Shown here one piece after another: positions 48,534-57,256 of a DNA stretch of 64,000 bases. The translations under genes were made by a program, and so were the position numbers. Numbering within the stretch: the stretch's first letter is position 1; each line of letters opens with the position of its first letter. The stretch comes from a virus (Duplodnaviria; Caudoviricetes), in the IMG/VR virus record IMGVR_UViG_3300029288_000065, positions 1 to 64,000 of that record; one strand, given 5' to 3'. The notes below the pieces were generated by a model that ran no database searches, was not told the origin of the DNA, and saw only the letters and a list, made by a program, of their open reading frames with translations.

Positions 48534-49283
48534 ATGGTAAATACCCCTTCTACCAGGAATAGGATTGCAAGGATCCCGGTCATAAGCCGGGATCATATTT
48601 CTTTAACTGGTGAAATTCCCCAGGGATATACTCTTTTCCAGGATGATATTCTTTTTAAGATGTTGGATTTCAAGAAGGGTACGTTGAAGAATCATCCTCT
48701 TCTTGAGAGTATTGGTATCAAAGAAATTCCTGTTATGCGCTGCAAGGGTGTTTTCCAGAGAGCTGATGAGAAGAATGCCAATGGGAGAATTTACCCATTG
48801 GGGATTCTTAAAGAGGCTGTCAAGAGATTGGCGAAGCCGATTTCTGAACGTAGGGTAATGGGTGAATTTGATCATCCACCAGATGCAAAGATTCATCTTG
48901 ATAGAGTTTCTCATTTGGTAACCAATCTTTGGGCTGAAGACAAGACTGTTATGGGTGAGATTGAAGTTATTAATGATGATCGTTGTCCGTGTGGTAGTAT
49001 GCTGGCTTGTTATTTGGATCGTGGGATTCAGATTGGTATCAGTTCTCGTGGTGTTGGTGATATGGAGTTGGTTGTTGTTGAGGGTGAGGATGCATATCAG
49101 GTTCAGGATGGTTTTGAATTTATTACTTTTGATGCTGTTGCTGAACCCAGTGTTACTGGTACTCAGCTTAAGAAGTTGAATGAGGCCAAGGAGCGTCAGC
49201 GGGTTGCTGCACGCCAGGTTGCTTTGAGGGAAGCCAAGGAAAAAGTCCTAGCTGAAGAGGTTCGTCGGTTCTTCCGAAGCTAG
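48534..49283 (+). CDS. prohead protease (gp21-like)
   Basis: NANGRIYP, GEFDHP, ISSRGVG, FDAVAEPS. Confidence 0.93.
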   Translation: MVNTPSTRNRIARIPVISRDHISLTGEIPQGYTLFQDDILFKMLDFKKGTLKNHPLLESIGIKEIPVMRCKGVFQRADEKNANGRIYPLGILKEAVKRLAKPISERRVMGEFDHPPDAKIHLDRVSHLVTNLWAEDKTVMGEIEVINDDRCPCGSMLACYLDRGIQIGISSRGVGDMELVVVEGEDAYQVQDGFEFITFDAVAEPSVTGTQLKKLNEAKERQRVAARQVALREAKEKVLAEEVRRFFRS

Positions 49284-49327
49284 GAGTACACCTTTTGGGC
49301 AAATTTAATTTGTAAGAGGAGACCACG

Positions 49328-50053
49328 ATGAACAAGATTTTCGACCTGCTCAAGCAGTTGGGCGCTTCCCCAGAGCTGCAGAAACAGATCGTGGAAGCAT
49401 TAGATGAGTATAAACAAGGTGTAAAGACAAGACTTGAAGAAGAGTTTAAGCAGCGTGTACATTCAGCGAAGAAGGTTTGCGCTGAAGCTGTTGAAAATGA
49501 GAAGAGAGAACTGGCCAAGAAGATTGAAATCTTCTTGGAAGCCAGGATAAATTCGATCACGAAGGAAGCAGCAAAACATGCGGCTATTGGTGAGTCCGAT
49601 GCTACCAGGATGCTGAGAGAGGTAAAATCTCTCGTTGAAGGCACCAAGATTGGTGGCAATGGTGGCTCCGACCAGGCTGCAATCGCTGAGACCGAGGAGG
49701 TCAAGCAGCTGCGCATCCAGAATAAGCAACTCAAGGAGAATCTGGACAAGGTTTCTCTCAAGGCCAAGAGAGCGAATGACATCGCTGTTAAGGCTCTCGA
49801 GAGAAATAAACTGCTGGAAGCAGCCAAATCGGCTGAAAAACCAGCAGTTACCGAATCCAAGATTACTCCACCAGCAAAGCCACAGGCCAAGCTGGGAGAG
49901 TTGAAGAAGCCGACCAGTGCACCGACCACTGGTCGCCCAGCTCTTACAGAGAGCGTGGTCAAAGCGCCAGCCAAGACCCAGGCTGAATCGGCAGACCCAG
50001 ATGTTGCGGCGATTGCAAGTCAGTTGGACGGAGACCCCGCTTTCATTGGCTAA
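49328..50053 (+). CDS. prohead scaffold protein (gp22-like)
   Basis: coiled coil between protease and capsid genes. Confidence 0.7.
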   Translation: MNKIFDLLKQLGASPELQKQIVEALDEYKQGVKTRLEEEFKQRVHSAKKVCAEAVENEKRELAKKIEIFLEARINSITKEAAKHAAIGESDATRMLREVKSLVEGTKIGGNGGSDQAAIAETEEVKQLRIQNKQLKENLDKVSLKAKRANDIAVKALERNKLLEAAKSAEKPAVTESKITPPAKPQAKLGELKKPTSAPTTGRPALTESVVKAPAKTQAESADPDVAAIASQLDGDPAFIG

Positions 50054-50086
50054 TGCCAATCAGAGCCTAACTCAGGAGATTCCACA

Positions 50087-51649
50087 ATGGTAGTAAAGAA
50101 AACCCAGCATCTGACCAGCGCAACACCGGCTGGTGGGAATGACACACGGATGCAGAAACTCGTACTGGAATCCAAGCGGAACCAAATGGTTAACCGCTGG
50201 CAGCCAGTATTGGCAAAGTGCCGTGAAGTCCAGCCCAATAAGTACGGACTCATGGCAGCGGTGTTGGAAAACCAGCACGCCTACATGGAAAGCAAGAAGA
50301 AAGGTGGATTCCTCACAGAGGAAGCAACCACCACGGGCGATATTGCTGATTTCACCCGCTTTGCACTCCCGATGATCCGCAAGTCCTACCCGCGCCTCAT
50401 CGCCGATAACCTCGTTGGCGTTCAGCCGATGAGCAGCCCAGCCAGCTTGATCTTCTACATCCGCTATCGTTACGCCATCAGCAAGGGCCAGACGGTTGCC
50501 GGAACGCAGATCATGCGCCAGAATACTGCTCAGCAGTTTGCTCGGCAGAACGGTTGGGCGCTTGACCCATACTACAGCTCCCAGACCGTCAAGGGAGAAG
50601 ACCTTACCATCAACCCAGGTGGAATGGTCGTCGTGGGAACACTCCTCCACAAACCAGTTCTTGCTGGTACAGTGGTTGTTAACGTTTACGCATCAGACGT
50701 TGATAACTGCGAAGACGCAACCCCGTGTCTGCAGGTCACGTTCGATTCGGACGGTCTGCCTGAATTCGTAATCCCAGGCGACGGCTCGGACTGCCCAACA
50801 GTCACAGTTGATACCACCACCACTGGTGCCACTCGGTTCAACCACGAGACGGGCGCTGTAACAGTGACCCTCAGCGCTGGAGCATTCCCAGCCGGCTTCA
50901 TCGCCAGAGCGGACTACGAGTTCGATCTTGAGAACAACCCATTCCAGCCAGAAATCACACTGTCCATCGACAGTGACTCGGTTTCCGCTGTGACGCGTAA
51001 GCTCAAGACCAGCTGGTCCCTGGAAGCTGCCCAGGACCTGAAGTCCGTCCACAACATCGACGCAGAAGGCACGTTGACCGACCTCATGGCCGATGAAATG
51101 GTTGCTGAAATCGACCGCGAAATCATCAACGACTTGATCATCGCTGCCGCGATTCGTGCGACCCACAACTTCGCGACGGCTGCCGGTGCCTCAGTCAACT
51201 TCACAGACCGAAACATTGCGTTGCTCTACAAGGTCCTGGAAGTTGCAAACATCATCCACAGAACCACCCTCCGTGGTCCTGCAAACTGGATGGTGACCAG
51301 TGCGGATATCGCCAGCAAGTTCGAACAGCTGAACGATTTCCGTGGATCGGATGCTCTCGCCAACGAGGGTATCGATATCGGCATCACCTCTGCCGGTACG
51401 ATCCAGGGCAAGTTGAAGCTGTACAAGGACCCACTCTTCCCGAACTGCAAGATCCTGCTCGGATTCAAGGGGAACTCGGTTCTGGATTCGGGTTACTTCT
51501 ACGCTCCATACATCCCACTGCTCAGCACTCCGACCGTGCTGGACCCGAACAGCTTCACGCCGAATAAGGGAATTATGACCAGATACGGCAAGAAGCTCAT
51601 TGAGGATGGTGGCCTGTACTACGCCACTGTTAATGTAACAAACCTTTAA
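50087..51649 (+). CDS. major capsid protein (gp23-like)
   Basis: LIA..LVGVQPMSSP, TRKLKTSWSLEAAQDL..H.IDAE, EIDREII, YAPYIPL, GIMTRYG. Confidence 0.96.
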   Translation: MVVKKTQHLTSATPAGGNDTRMQKLVLESKRNQMVNRWQPVLAKCREVQPNKYGLMAAVLENQHAYMESKKKGGFLTEEATTTGDIADFTRFALPMIRKSYPRLIADNLVGVQPMSSPASLIFYIRYRYAISKGQTVAGTQIMRQNTAQQFARQNGWALDPYYSSQTVKGEDLTINPGGMVVVGTLLHKPVLAGTVVVNVYASDVDNCEDATPCLQVTFDSDGLPEFVIPGDGSDCPTVTVDTTTTGATRFNHETGAVTVTLSAGAFPAGFIARADYEFDLENNPFQPEITLSIDSDSVSAVTRKLKTSWSLEAAQDLKSVHNIDAEGTLTDLMADEMVAEIDREIINDLIIAAAIRATHNFATAAGASVNFTDRNIALLYKVLEVANIIHRTTLRGPANWMVTSADIASKFEQLNDFRGSDALANEGIDIGITSAGTIQGKLKLYKDPLFPNCKILLGFKGNSVLDSGYFYAPYIPLLSTPTVLDPNSFTPNKGIMTRYGKKLIEDGGLYYATVNVTNL

Positions 51650-51658
51650 GATCCAAAT

Positions 51659-51698
51659 GAAGAACCCCGGCAAAAACCGGGGTTCTTCTGTATTTGAT
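51659..51698 (+). terminator. intrinsic terminator after the capsid gene (copy 1)
   Basis: GAAGAACCCCGG/CCGGGGTTCTTC. Confidence 0.8.
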
Positions 51699-51751
51699 CC
51701 TTATTGGGTGTGAGCAAATATAGTTAGTACACACCCAATAAGGATCAAATA
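51691..51751 (+). promoter_or_regulatory. 22-bp inverted repeat covering the RBS, with a CAAATATA motif in its loop
   Basis: arms 51691-51712 and 51730-51751 are perfect reverse complements; ATG at 51752. Confidence 0.7.
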
Positions 51752-53257
51752 ATGAAGAAATGTAAAATTTGTGGAATAGAAAAAGAAATATCTGAATTTC
51801 CAAAAGTTGGGGTTATTTGTAGAAAATGTAAAGCATCTAAACTTAGAGAATATAGGAAAAATAACCCAAATATTAAAAATGAGAGGAAGGAATACCGTAA
51901 GAATAATAGGGATAAAATTAATGAACAAAAAAGATTATTATATCAGGCGCATCCTACTATTATTAAACAAAAGAATAATATTTATTATCATAATAACGCT
52001 GAACATTGTAGGACCAGACAGAGAGAATATCAGAAAAGGGTTGAAACAAAAGATATTGATTCTTGGATTTGTAAGTGTATCAAACATGCTAAAGCGTCAG
52101 ATAAGAGGTTGAAGCGTGTTTTTGATTTGGATTTTGATTATGTAAAGGAAATGTATAATATTCAAGGCGGTAATTGTTTATTGAGCGGTAACAAAATGTT
52201 GCATGAGAGAAATAATCTTTTCTCTTTGTCTATTGACAGGATTGATCCAAAATTTGGTCATATAAAAGGGAATATACAATTAGTATGTCAGGCTATAAAT
52301 CTTGCAAAGAGGGAATATAGTAATGAACATTTGGTAGATTTTCTTGATAGTTGCTTGGAAACCAATCTGTCTGGATTTGATGGTTTTAATTATAATGAAT
52401 CAATTTCCAATTATGATCTTTTAAAGAGGAGAAAGTTGAAGAGGGAATTAAGGAAAAAATTTTCTGATTTTAAGCCTCCTACTTTTAAGGTTGAAGAATT
52501 GAAAGATGACATGAATGAGATTTTGAAATTGGAGGTTGGCGATTACTTGATTGATGGGGTTTGGCGTTCACATAAACCAGATGGGAAATCATGGGCTGGT
52601 AAGAAGTTAATTTGGCATTTTCAGCCACATTTATGGGATGTGAGGACTTTGGGGAAGCCTTTGATGAGTGAAGTTTGGGGGAAGGATTGTGGGATTTTTG
52701 AGCGTACATTGGATAATTTGGTAGCTGGTAAGTCTATTACTTATGATAGAATTATTAGGGAATTTATTTTTTCTGGAGTTGGTATTCCATCACAAATTCA
52801 TACTGGTTTTGCTAAGGCTATTTTTAAACATTTTGGTGGGAGATCTGTCTTCGATCCGTTTGCTGGATGGGGTGGGAGAATGTTGGCTGTTGCTTCTTTG
52901 GGTTTGAAGTATTGTGCTTGTGATTTGAGTGAGAAGACTGTAGAGGGTTTGAAAAATATGGCGAGGTTTATTGGATTTGATTGTGATTTAAAGTCGTGTA
53001 ATTGTTTTAATATGGAGATACCGAGTGCTGACATTATGTTTACATCTCCTCCTTTTGGTTCTGAGGAATATATTAATTCGAATTCATCTTGTGATCTTTT
53101 AAAATTAATTGAGATTACCAATCATATACCGATTAGGGTTTTACATTTGAATAAATATTTGGCTGATTTGACAGGGTGGGATTTGGTTCCTGTTCAGGCT
53201 CGTGTGAGGGCTGCTGGTGATACTTCGCAGGAATTTTTGGCGATTAAGATAAGATGA
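51752..53257 (+). CDS. His-Me/HNH-like endonuclease fused to a DNA methyltransferase
   Basis: CKIC..CRKC; LSIDRID..GH..GNIQLVC..IN.AK; VFDPFAGWGGR; FTSPPF. Confidence 0.75.
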   Translation: MKKCKICGIEKEISEFPKVGVICRKCKASKLREYRKNNPNIKNERKEYRKNNRDKINEQKRLLYQAHPTIIKQKNNIYYHNNAEHCRTRQREYQKRVETKDIDSWICKCIKHAKASDKRLKRVFDLDFDYVKEMYNIQGGNCLLSGNKMLHERNNLFSLSIDRIDPKFGHIKGNIQLVCQAINLAKREYSNEHLVDFLDSCLETNLSGFDGFNYNESISNYDLLKRRKLKRELRKKFSDFKPPTFKVEELKDDMNEILKLEVGDYLIDGVWRSHKPDGKSWAGKKLIWHFQPHLWDVRTLGKPLMSEVWGKDCGIFERTLDNLVAGKSITYDRIIREFIFSGVGIPSQIHTGFAKAIFKHFGGRSVFDPFAGWGGRMLAVASLGLKYCACDLSEKTVEGLKNMARFIGFDCDLKSCNCFNMEIPSADIMFTSPPFGSEEYINSNSSCDLLKLIEITNHIPIRVLHLNKYLADLTGWDLVPVQARVRAAGDTSQEFLAIKIR

Positions 53258-53334
53258 TCGCATGTCGTATGTCGTATGTCCTTCTCTGCGTATATAAGAG
53301 TGTGCAGGAATTGTCCTGCCAGGAGGATTTACCC

Positions 53335-53943
53335 ATGAGTAAGGCGCAAAGAAGTGATGGAAAGAAACAGAAAGCCCTGTTGGACATGTTCTGTGACAAT
53401 CCTAACTTGTACACAGATGGACAGCGATTAATGAGTTTGACTGATGAAAATTTGTTGCCAGTTGATGGTATATCACTACAGAGAATCAGGAGCATATTGT
53501 GTAAGATCCCAAATGGTGACCAGAAGGTTGCACTTGTCGATAAGTGGATTACTGTCAGGGACAATCAGTCGTCTAAGAAGCGTGCTGCTCAGAAGTCTCC
53601 CGTACAGGACGCTCTTGGTATTCTTGGAGTTAAAGTTAAGACATCACCTGTTGGTACGTATAAGGCTTTGTTGACTTTTGAGGGTGGTATTTTTGCATGT
53701 ACAATTGGTTTTGATACTTATTTTTATGCTTATAAGACTATTAATTTGAGTGAAATGTTTGATGTTCTTTATCCTATAGCGGTTTGTTCGGATGGTACTT
53801 CAATGTCGAAGCCTGAATTAAATAATATTATTTCTAATCTTGATGAGAAACCAATTTTGATCTTTTTGAACGCTTCTGTTTACCAGAAGTTGTATGGTGC
53901 TAACACAAAGGGAAAGTTAGTTTTTCAGCCGCAGGCCAAGTAA
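53335..53943 (+). CDS. hypothetical protein
   Basis: SD AGGAGG. Confidence 0.65.
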   Translation: MSKAQRSDGKKQKALLDMFCDNPNLYTDGQRLMSLTDENLLPVDGISLQRIRSILCKIPNGDQKVALVDKWITVRDNQSSKKRAAQKSPVQDALGILGVKVKTSPVGTYKALLTFEGGIFACTIGFDTYFYAYKTINLSEMFDVLYPIAVCSDGTSMSKPELNNIISNLDEKPILIFLNASVYQKLYGANTKGKLVFQPQAK

Positions 53944-53949
53944 GTTAAG

Positions 53950-53988
53950 GAAGAACCCCGGTTTTGCCGGGGTTCTTTTGTATTTGAT
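53950..53988 (+). terminator. intrinsic terminator (copy 2 of 51659-51698)
   Basis: same stem and TGTATTTGAT tail; loop is reverse-complemented. Confidence 0.8.
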
Positions 53989-54030
53989 TGCGTGGGGCTG
54001 TGTTTGGTGGTATGTTTGGTTGGAGATTCT

Positions 54031-54432
54031 ATGAAGAGTGCTGAGATTTTGTTTAAGTCGAGGTGGTTTAAACTACAGGTGTGTTCTAGGTGTTTTGAGG
54101 TGGCTGACGATTACAAAACAATTCCTGGACCGTTTGGTGATCTGGGGTATTATGGCAGATCTCCAAGGAGGAATTTAAAATCACCGATCAGATACGGTAT
54201 ATTTTTTGATAGGCCAAGGGGAGGTCGTTTTTGGGATCCGGTGGAGCCGTGTCCCAGGTGTGGTAAGATATCTTTTGAGATTAAGACGGTTAGGATTGTT
54301 TATGTGCGTGTTCCTGTCAGGAGGAAGCGATTGTTTTGGATGATTGATGATTTCGTTATTGATGAGTATTTTGAACAAGTTAATGATGAGGGGGAAGTTT
54401 CTGTTTTACCTAAGGTGGATATTTATGACTGA
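54031..54432 (+). CDS. hypothetical zinc-ribbon protein
   Basis: CSRC and CPRCG; SD GGAG. Confidence 0.55.
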   Translation: MKSAEILFKSRWFKLQVCSRCFEVADDYKTIPGPFGDLGYYGRSPRRNLKSPIRYGIFFDRPRGGRFWDPVEPCPRCGKISFEIKTVRIVYVRVPVRRKRLFWMIDDFVIDEYFEQVNDEGEVSVLPKVDIYD

Positions 54433-54736
54433 TCTAGAATTCTTTGAACATGCTAAGATTTTAAAGAGTGATCCTCATATTTTACTTTCGTCTTGTCCGC
54501 AGTTTTTGATTAACCATCCGTCTTTTAAGGCTATTGTTTCTGATGGTAGACGTGTTATTCCTTTGATTTTGCGTGATTTTGAAGTTGACGAGATGTTTTC
54601 TTGGGATATTGTTCTTGAACATATTGTTGGTTTTTGTCCTTGTCCGGTTGAGCATCGTGGTGTTGTTGATAAGATTCGACAGGATTGGTTGGAGTGGGGT
54701 AGGAAGCGTGGTTTCCTTACGGAGAATATGGGATGA
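54425..54736 (+). CDS. conserved hypothetical helical protein
   Basis: HPSFKAIV..G..VIPLIL..W..L..I.G..P...RG....WLEWG pattern. Confidence 0.6.
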   Translation: MTDLEFFEHAKILKSDPHILLSSCPQFLINHPSFKAIVSDGRRVIPLILRDFEVDEMFSWDIVLEHIVGFCPCPVEHRGVVDKIRQDWLEWGRKRGFLTENMG

Positions 54737-55098
54737 CAACAACTCCGTCAAAGAATAATGATGCTTTTGAGGTATCATTATCTTTTAGGCAAGAGATTAT
54801 TTGTTCATTTTCTATTAGGATTAATAATCATTCTATTCATTGCGATCTATGTTTAAAAGATGATTATGATTATAACAATCCAGATAATGATCCGATTTTT
54901 TTGATTCAGTCTTGGTATGGACATTGGGAGGTAAATTTATCTAGTAAGGAGGTTATTTTTGTTGATTGGGGTTTTCATCCTAAATTAATTATTAGGAATT
55001 TGAGAATAGAAGAAAAGAGACGTTTGATTAGAAAGTGTAAGAAGTTCTTACGGAGAAATAAGAAGTGGCATTGGGTCATGGGGGTGGATTATGTTTGA
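54733..55098 (+). CDS. hypothetical protein (paralog of the C-terminal domain of 56870-57256)
   Basis: YDYNNPDND..W.VNLS..EKRRLIRKCKKFLR. Confidence 0.6.
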   Translation: MTTTPSKNNDAFEVSLSFRQEIICSFSIRINNHSIHCDLCLKDDYDYNNPDNDPIFLIQSWYGHWEVNLSSKEVIFVDWGFHPKLIIRNLRIEEKRRLIRKCKKFLRRNKKWHWVMGVDYV

Positions 55099-55149
55099 TT
55101 ATCTTTCTAATCTTTTGGCTAGTGTACCTTTTTTGTCTTAGGAGGTTTT

Positions 55150-55353
55150 GTGCATCTTTTATTTTGGTGTCTTGCTGGCTTTTTGGTAATGTTACAGAAG
55201 AGGGATTTATATTTCTGGATTTATTGTATTTCTTTTTGTGGTACTTTTTTGTTGGATACTTGGTTTCGAAGCGGTGATTTTTGGTTTTCTTTGGTTTTAT
55301 GCTTGTCTCTGATTCTTACTTTTGGTTTTTGGAGATATGTGGATGATTTCTGA
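55150..55353 (+). CDS. small membrane protein (possibly frameshifted from ATG 55091)
   Basis: hydrophobic segments; SD AGGAGG before GTG. Confidence 0.4.
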   Translation: MHLLFWCLAGFLVMLQKRDLYFWIYCISFCGTFLLDTWFRSGDFWFSLVLCLSLILTFGFWRYVDDF

Positions 55354-55663
55354 TACGTTTAAAGTTTGTGAGGAATTATGTAGTATTGGTAATTCTGCTG
55401 GTTTAAAATGTCATATTAGGAAGAATTATGTTTTTTGTCTAAAATATGATGTTGTTGTGTATCCAAGGTTGCATAGTGAGGAGTTGTTGTTTAAATATAA
55501 GAGTGATATTATTTTGGAAGTCGATGATGGTGTTATACGTTGTACTAAGTGTAGGTATTCAAATAATAAGGAAATCTCTTGGGATTTGTGTGATCCTGGT
55601 GTTTTTGAGTCGATTCTTTGTTGGTTTAAGAGTCAGAGAGTTCAGCCAGAGAAGATTTTATGA
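55343..55663 (+). CDS. hypothetical protein (WDLCDP motif)
   Basis: ISWDLCDPGVFESIL. Confidence 0.55.
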   Translation: MISDTFKVCEELCSIGNSAGLKCHIRKNYVFCLKYDVVVYPRLHSEELLFKYKSDIILEVDDGVIRCTKCRYSNNKEISWDLCDPGVFESILCWFKSQRVQPEKIL

Positions 55664-56055
55664 CCGAGTTTGATATTGTTGAATTTGCTGTTGGGATGAT
55701 TTGGAAGAAGTGTTGGTTTGTTCGTCTAAAGCGTATTCCTATTTCGCCTTTTGGTTTTAAGATTTTTTGTGATGGGAATGGGCCTGTTGTTTATATTACT
55801 TCTGTTCCGCCTGGGTTTGCTCTCAAATATTTTCCTGATCAAACCATGGGTTGTGTTGGGGTTTCAGTTAGGGATGTTGGTTGGTGGTTTGATGTTGTTG
55901 ATATTACTTTGTTTGAGGGTTATATTGCTGATCCGGAGTTTGATTTGGATAAAATTGTTAGGAATATTCGTAATAGATACCTTTGTTGGGTGTTGTGGAA
56001 GTGGTCTTCGGTAGTGTTGTTTTGTTGGGTTTTGTTGGACTTCTGTGGAAAATGA
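55660..56055 (+). CDS. hypothetical protein (IADP motif)
   Basis: YIADPEFDLDKIV. Confidence 0.55.
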   Translation: MTEFDIVEFAVGMIWKKCWFVRLKRIPISPFGFKIFCDGNGPVVYITSVPPGFALKYFPDQTMGCVGVSVRDVGWWFDVVDITLFEGYIADPEFDLDKIVRNIRNRYLCWVLWKWSSVVLFCWVLLDFCGK

Positions 56056-56086
56056 CTTTGGTATTTTAGCTTTAAAGGAGAAACGC

Positions 56087-56389
56087 ATGACGGATGCGAT
56101 TCGTAGTCTGCAGAACAGGATTAAGATACGTTTGAGGAATAAAAAGATACGGACACCGAAGAAGATTATTATTGGTAATCATGAAATTATAATTGAAGAT
56201 TGTTTCTGGGAAAGTTATGATACTGTTGTTGTTATTTTGAATTGTAATATTATCCATAGAGTACATCAGCATGGGGTACGAGTATCAATTCGTGGGTTAA
56301 AACCAGTTAATATGTATTATTATGAACCAGGGAGGAAGAGTGATTATTTACCTGTAAATGATGAAATTATTAAAGTATTGTTCATTTGA
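56087..56389 (+). CDS. hypothetical protein
   Basis: SD AAGGAG; upstream GTATTTTA. Confidence 0.55.
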   Translation: MTDAIRSLQNRIKIRLRNKKIRTPKKIIIGNHEIIIEDCFWESYDTVVVILNCNIIHRVHQHGVRVSIRGLKPVNMYYYEPGRKSDYLPVNDEIIKVLFI

Positions 56390-56456
56390 CGCTTAATGAA
56401 CTTAATAATATTCTTCCTATATATCCATTGGTTCACAGTCATTTTAGGAAGAAATA

Positions 56457-56873
56457 ATGACTATTGAAGAATTTAATATCAAAGCAGGTTGCCAAGTGCC
56501 ATGGACGAGAGGTACTTGGAATGGTCAATTTTTGTCTTTGGATGATACTCCAGCAGGTGATTTCAAACCGGAAGAAATTTGGCGAGTATTGGCAGTCAAT
56601 AATTCAGGTGGTGATTGGGATGGTTTCGGTGCAGCAGTCATACAATTGAAGGATGGAAGGTGGGTGGCGTGGGAATCAAGTTGGGGTCCAACGGGAAGTG
56701 GTTTTAGCGAAGATGCTTATGGTGGTGATGCGAATGTTTATTTCTCATCGACTATGGAAGGAGCAATAATGCTTGGGTTGACTCCTGTTAGTAGAGATTT
56801 ATTGGGTTTGGACACGGAAAATTGGTCAGATCCAAATGCTAAGTTGCCGGTCTTGGAAGAGATTACACCATGA
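56457..56873 (+). CDS. hypothetical protein
   Basis: coupled to next gene; LKDGRWVAWE..WGPTG. Confidence 0.6.
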   Translation: MTIEEFNIKAGCQVPWTRGTWNGQFLSLDDTPAGDFKPEEIWRVLAVNNSGGDWDGFGAAVIQLKDGRWVAWESSWGPTGSGFSEDAYGGDANVYFSSTMEGAIMLGLTPVSRDLLGLDTENWSDPNAKLPVLEEITP

Positions 56874-57256
56874 ATGTTGGTTCGTTTTCGAGATTTGTTT
56901 TCCCTTTAATCAGGAAGTCTTATCCTGCTCTGATTGCTAACCAACTTGTGGGTGTTCAACCAATGACTCCAACAGTTAAAGATTTTGGAATTTTTAAGTT
57001 AAAGATTGATCGTCAGAGGTATAATATTGCTGTTTCTTTGTTGGAAAAGTATGATTATTCTAATCCTAGTAATGATATACTTGTTGAAGCTCATTTTGGT
57101 GCGTGGTTTTGGAAAGTGAATGTTTCTCGTGGATGTGTTCAATGTGTCTCGAAGTTTATAAATGGCCCAAACAAGAAAGTTTTGTCGGTTGCTGAGAGGA
57201 GAGAATTGGTTGCTGGCTGTAGAAAAGCCCTAAGGAAACTTCATGATAAAGATTAG
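56870..57256 (+). CDS. chimeric protein: capsid Gol-equivalent peptide plus a 54733-like domain
   Basis: FSRFVFPLIRKSYPALIANQLVGVQPM is 20/27 identical to the capsid segment encoded from 50351. Confidence 0.75.
   Translation: MNVGSFSRFVFPLIRKSYPALIANQLVGVQPMTPTVKDFGIFKLKIDRQRYNIAVSLLEKYDYSNPSNDILVEAHFGAWFWKVNVSRGCVQCVSKFINGPNKKVLSVAERRELVAGCRKALRKLHDKD

Noticed and set aside
12716-51673. Long antisense ORFs (e.g. 14311-15030, 23475-24317, 33165-33797, 49168-49974)
   Set aside because: Shadows of well-supported plus-strand genes, with no SD or protein motifs.
50351-56970. Diversity-generating retroelement template/variable repeat pair for the capsid duplicate
   Set aside because: The differences are mostly synonymous and not adenine-specific, and there is no reverse transcriptase in the window.
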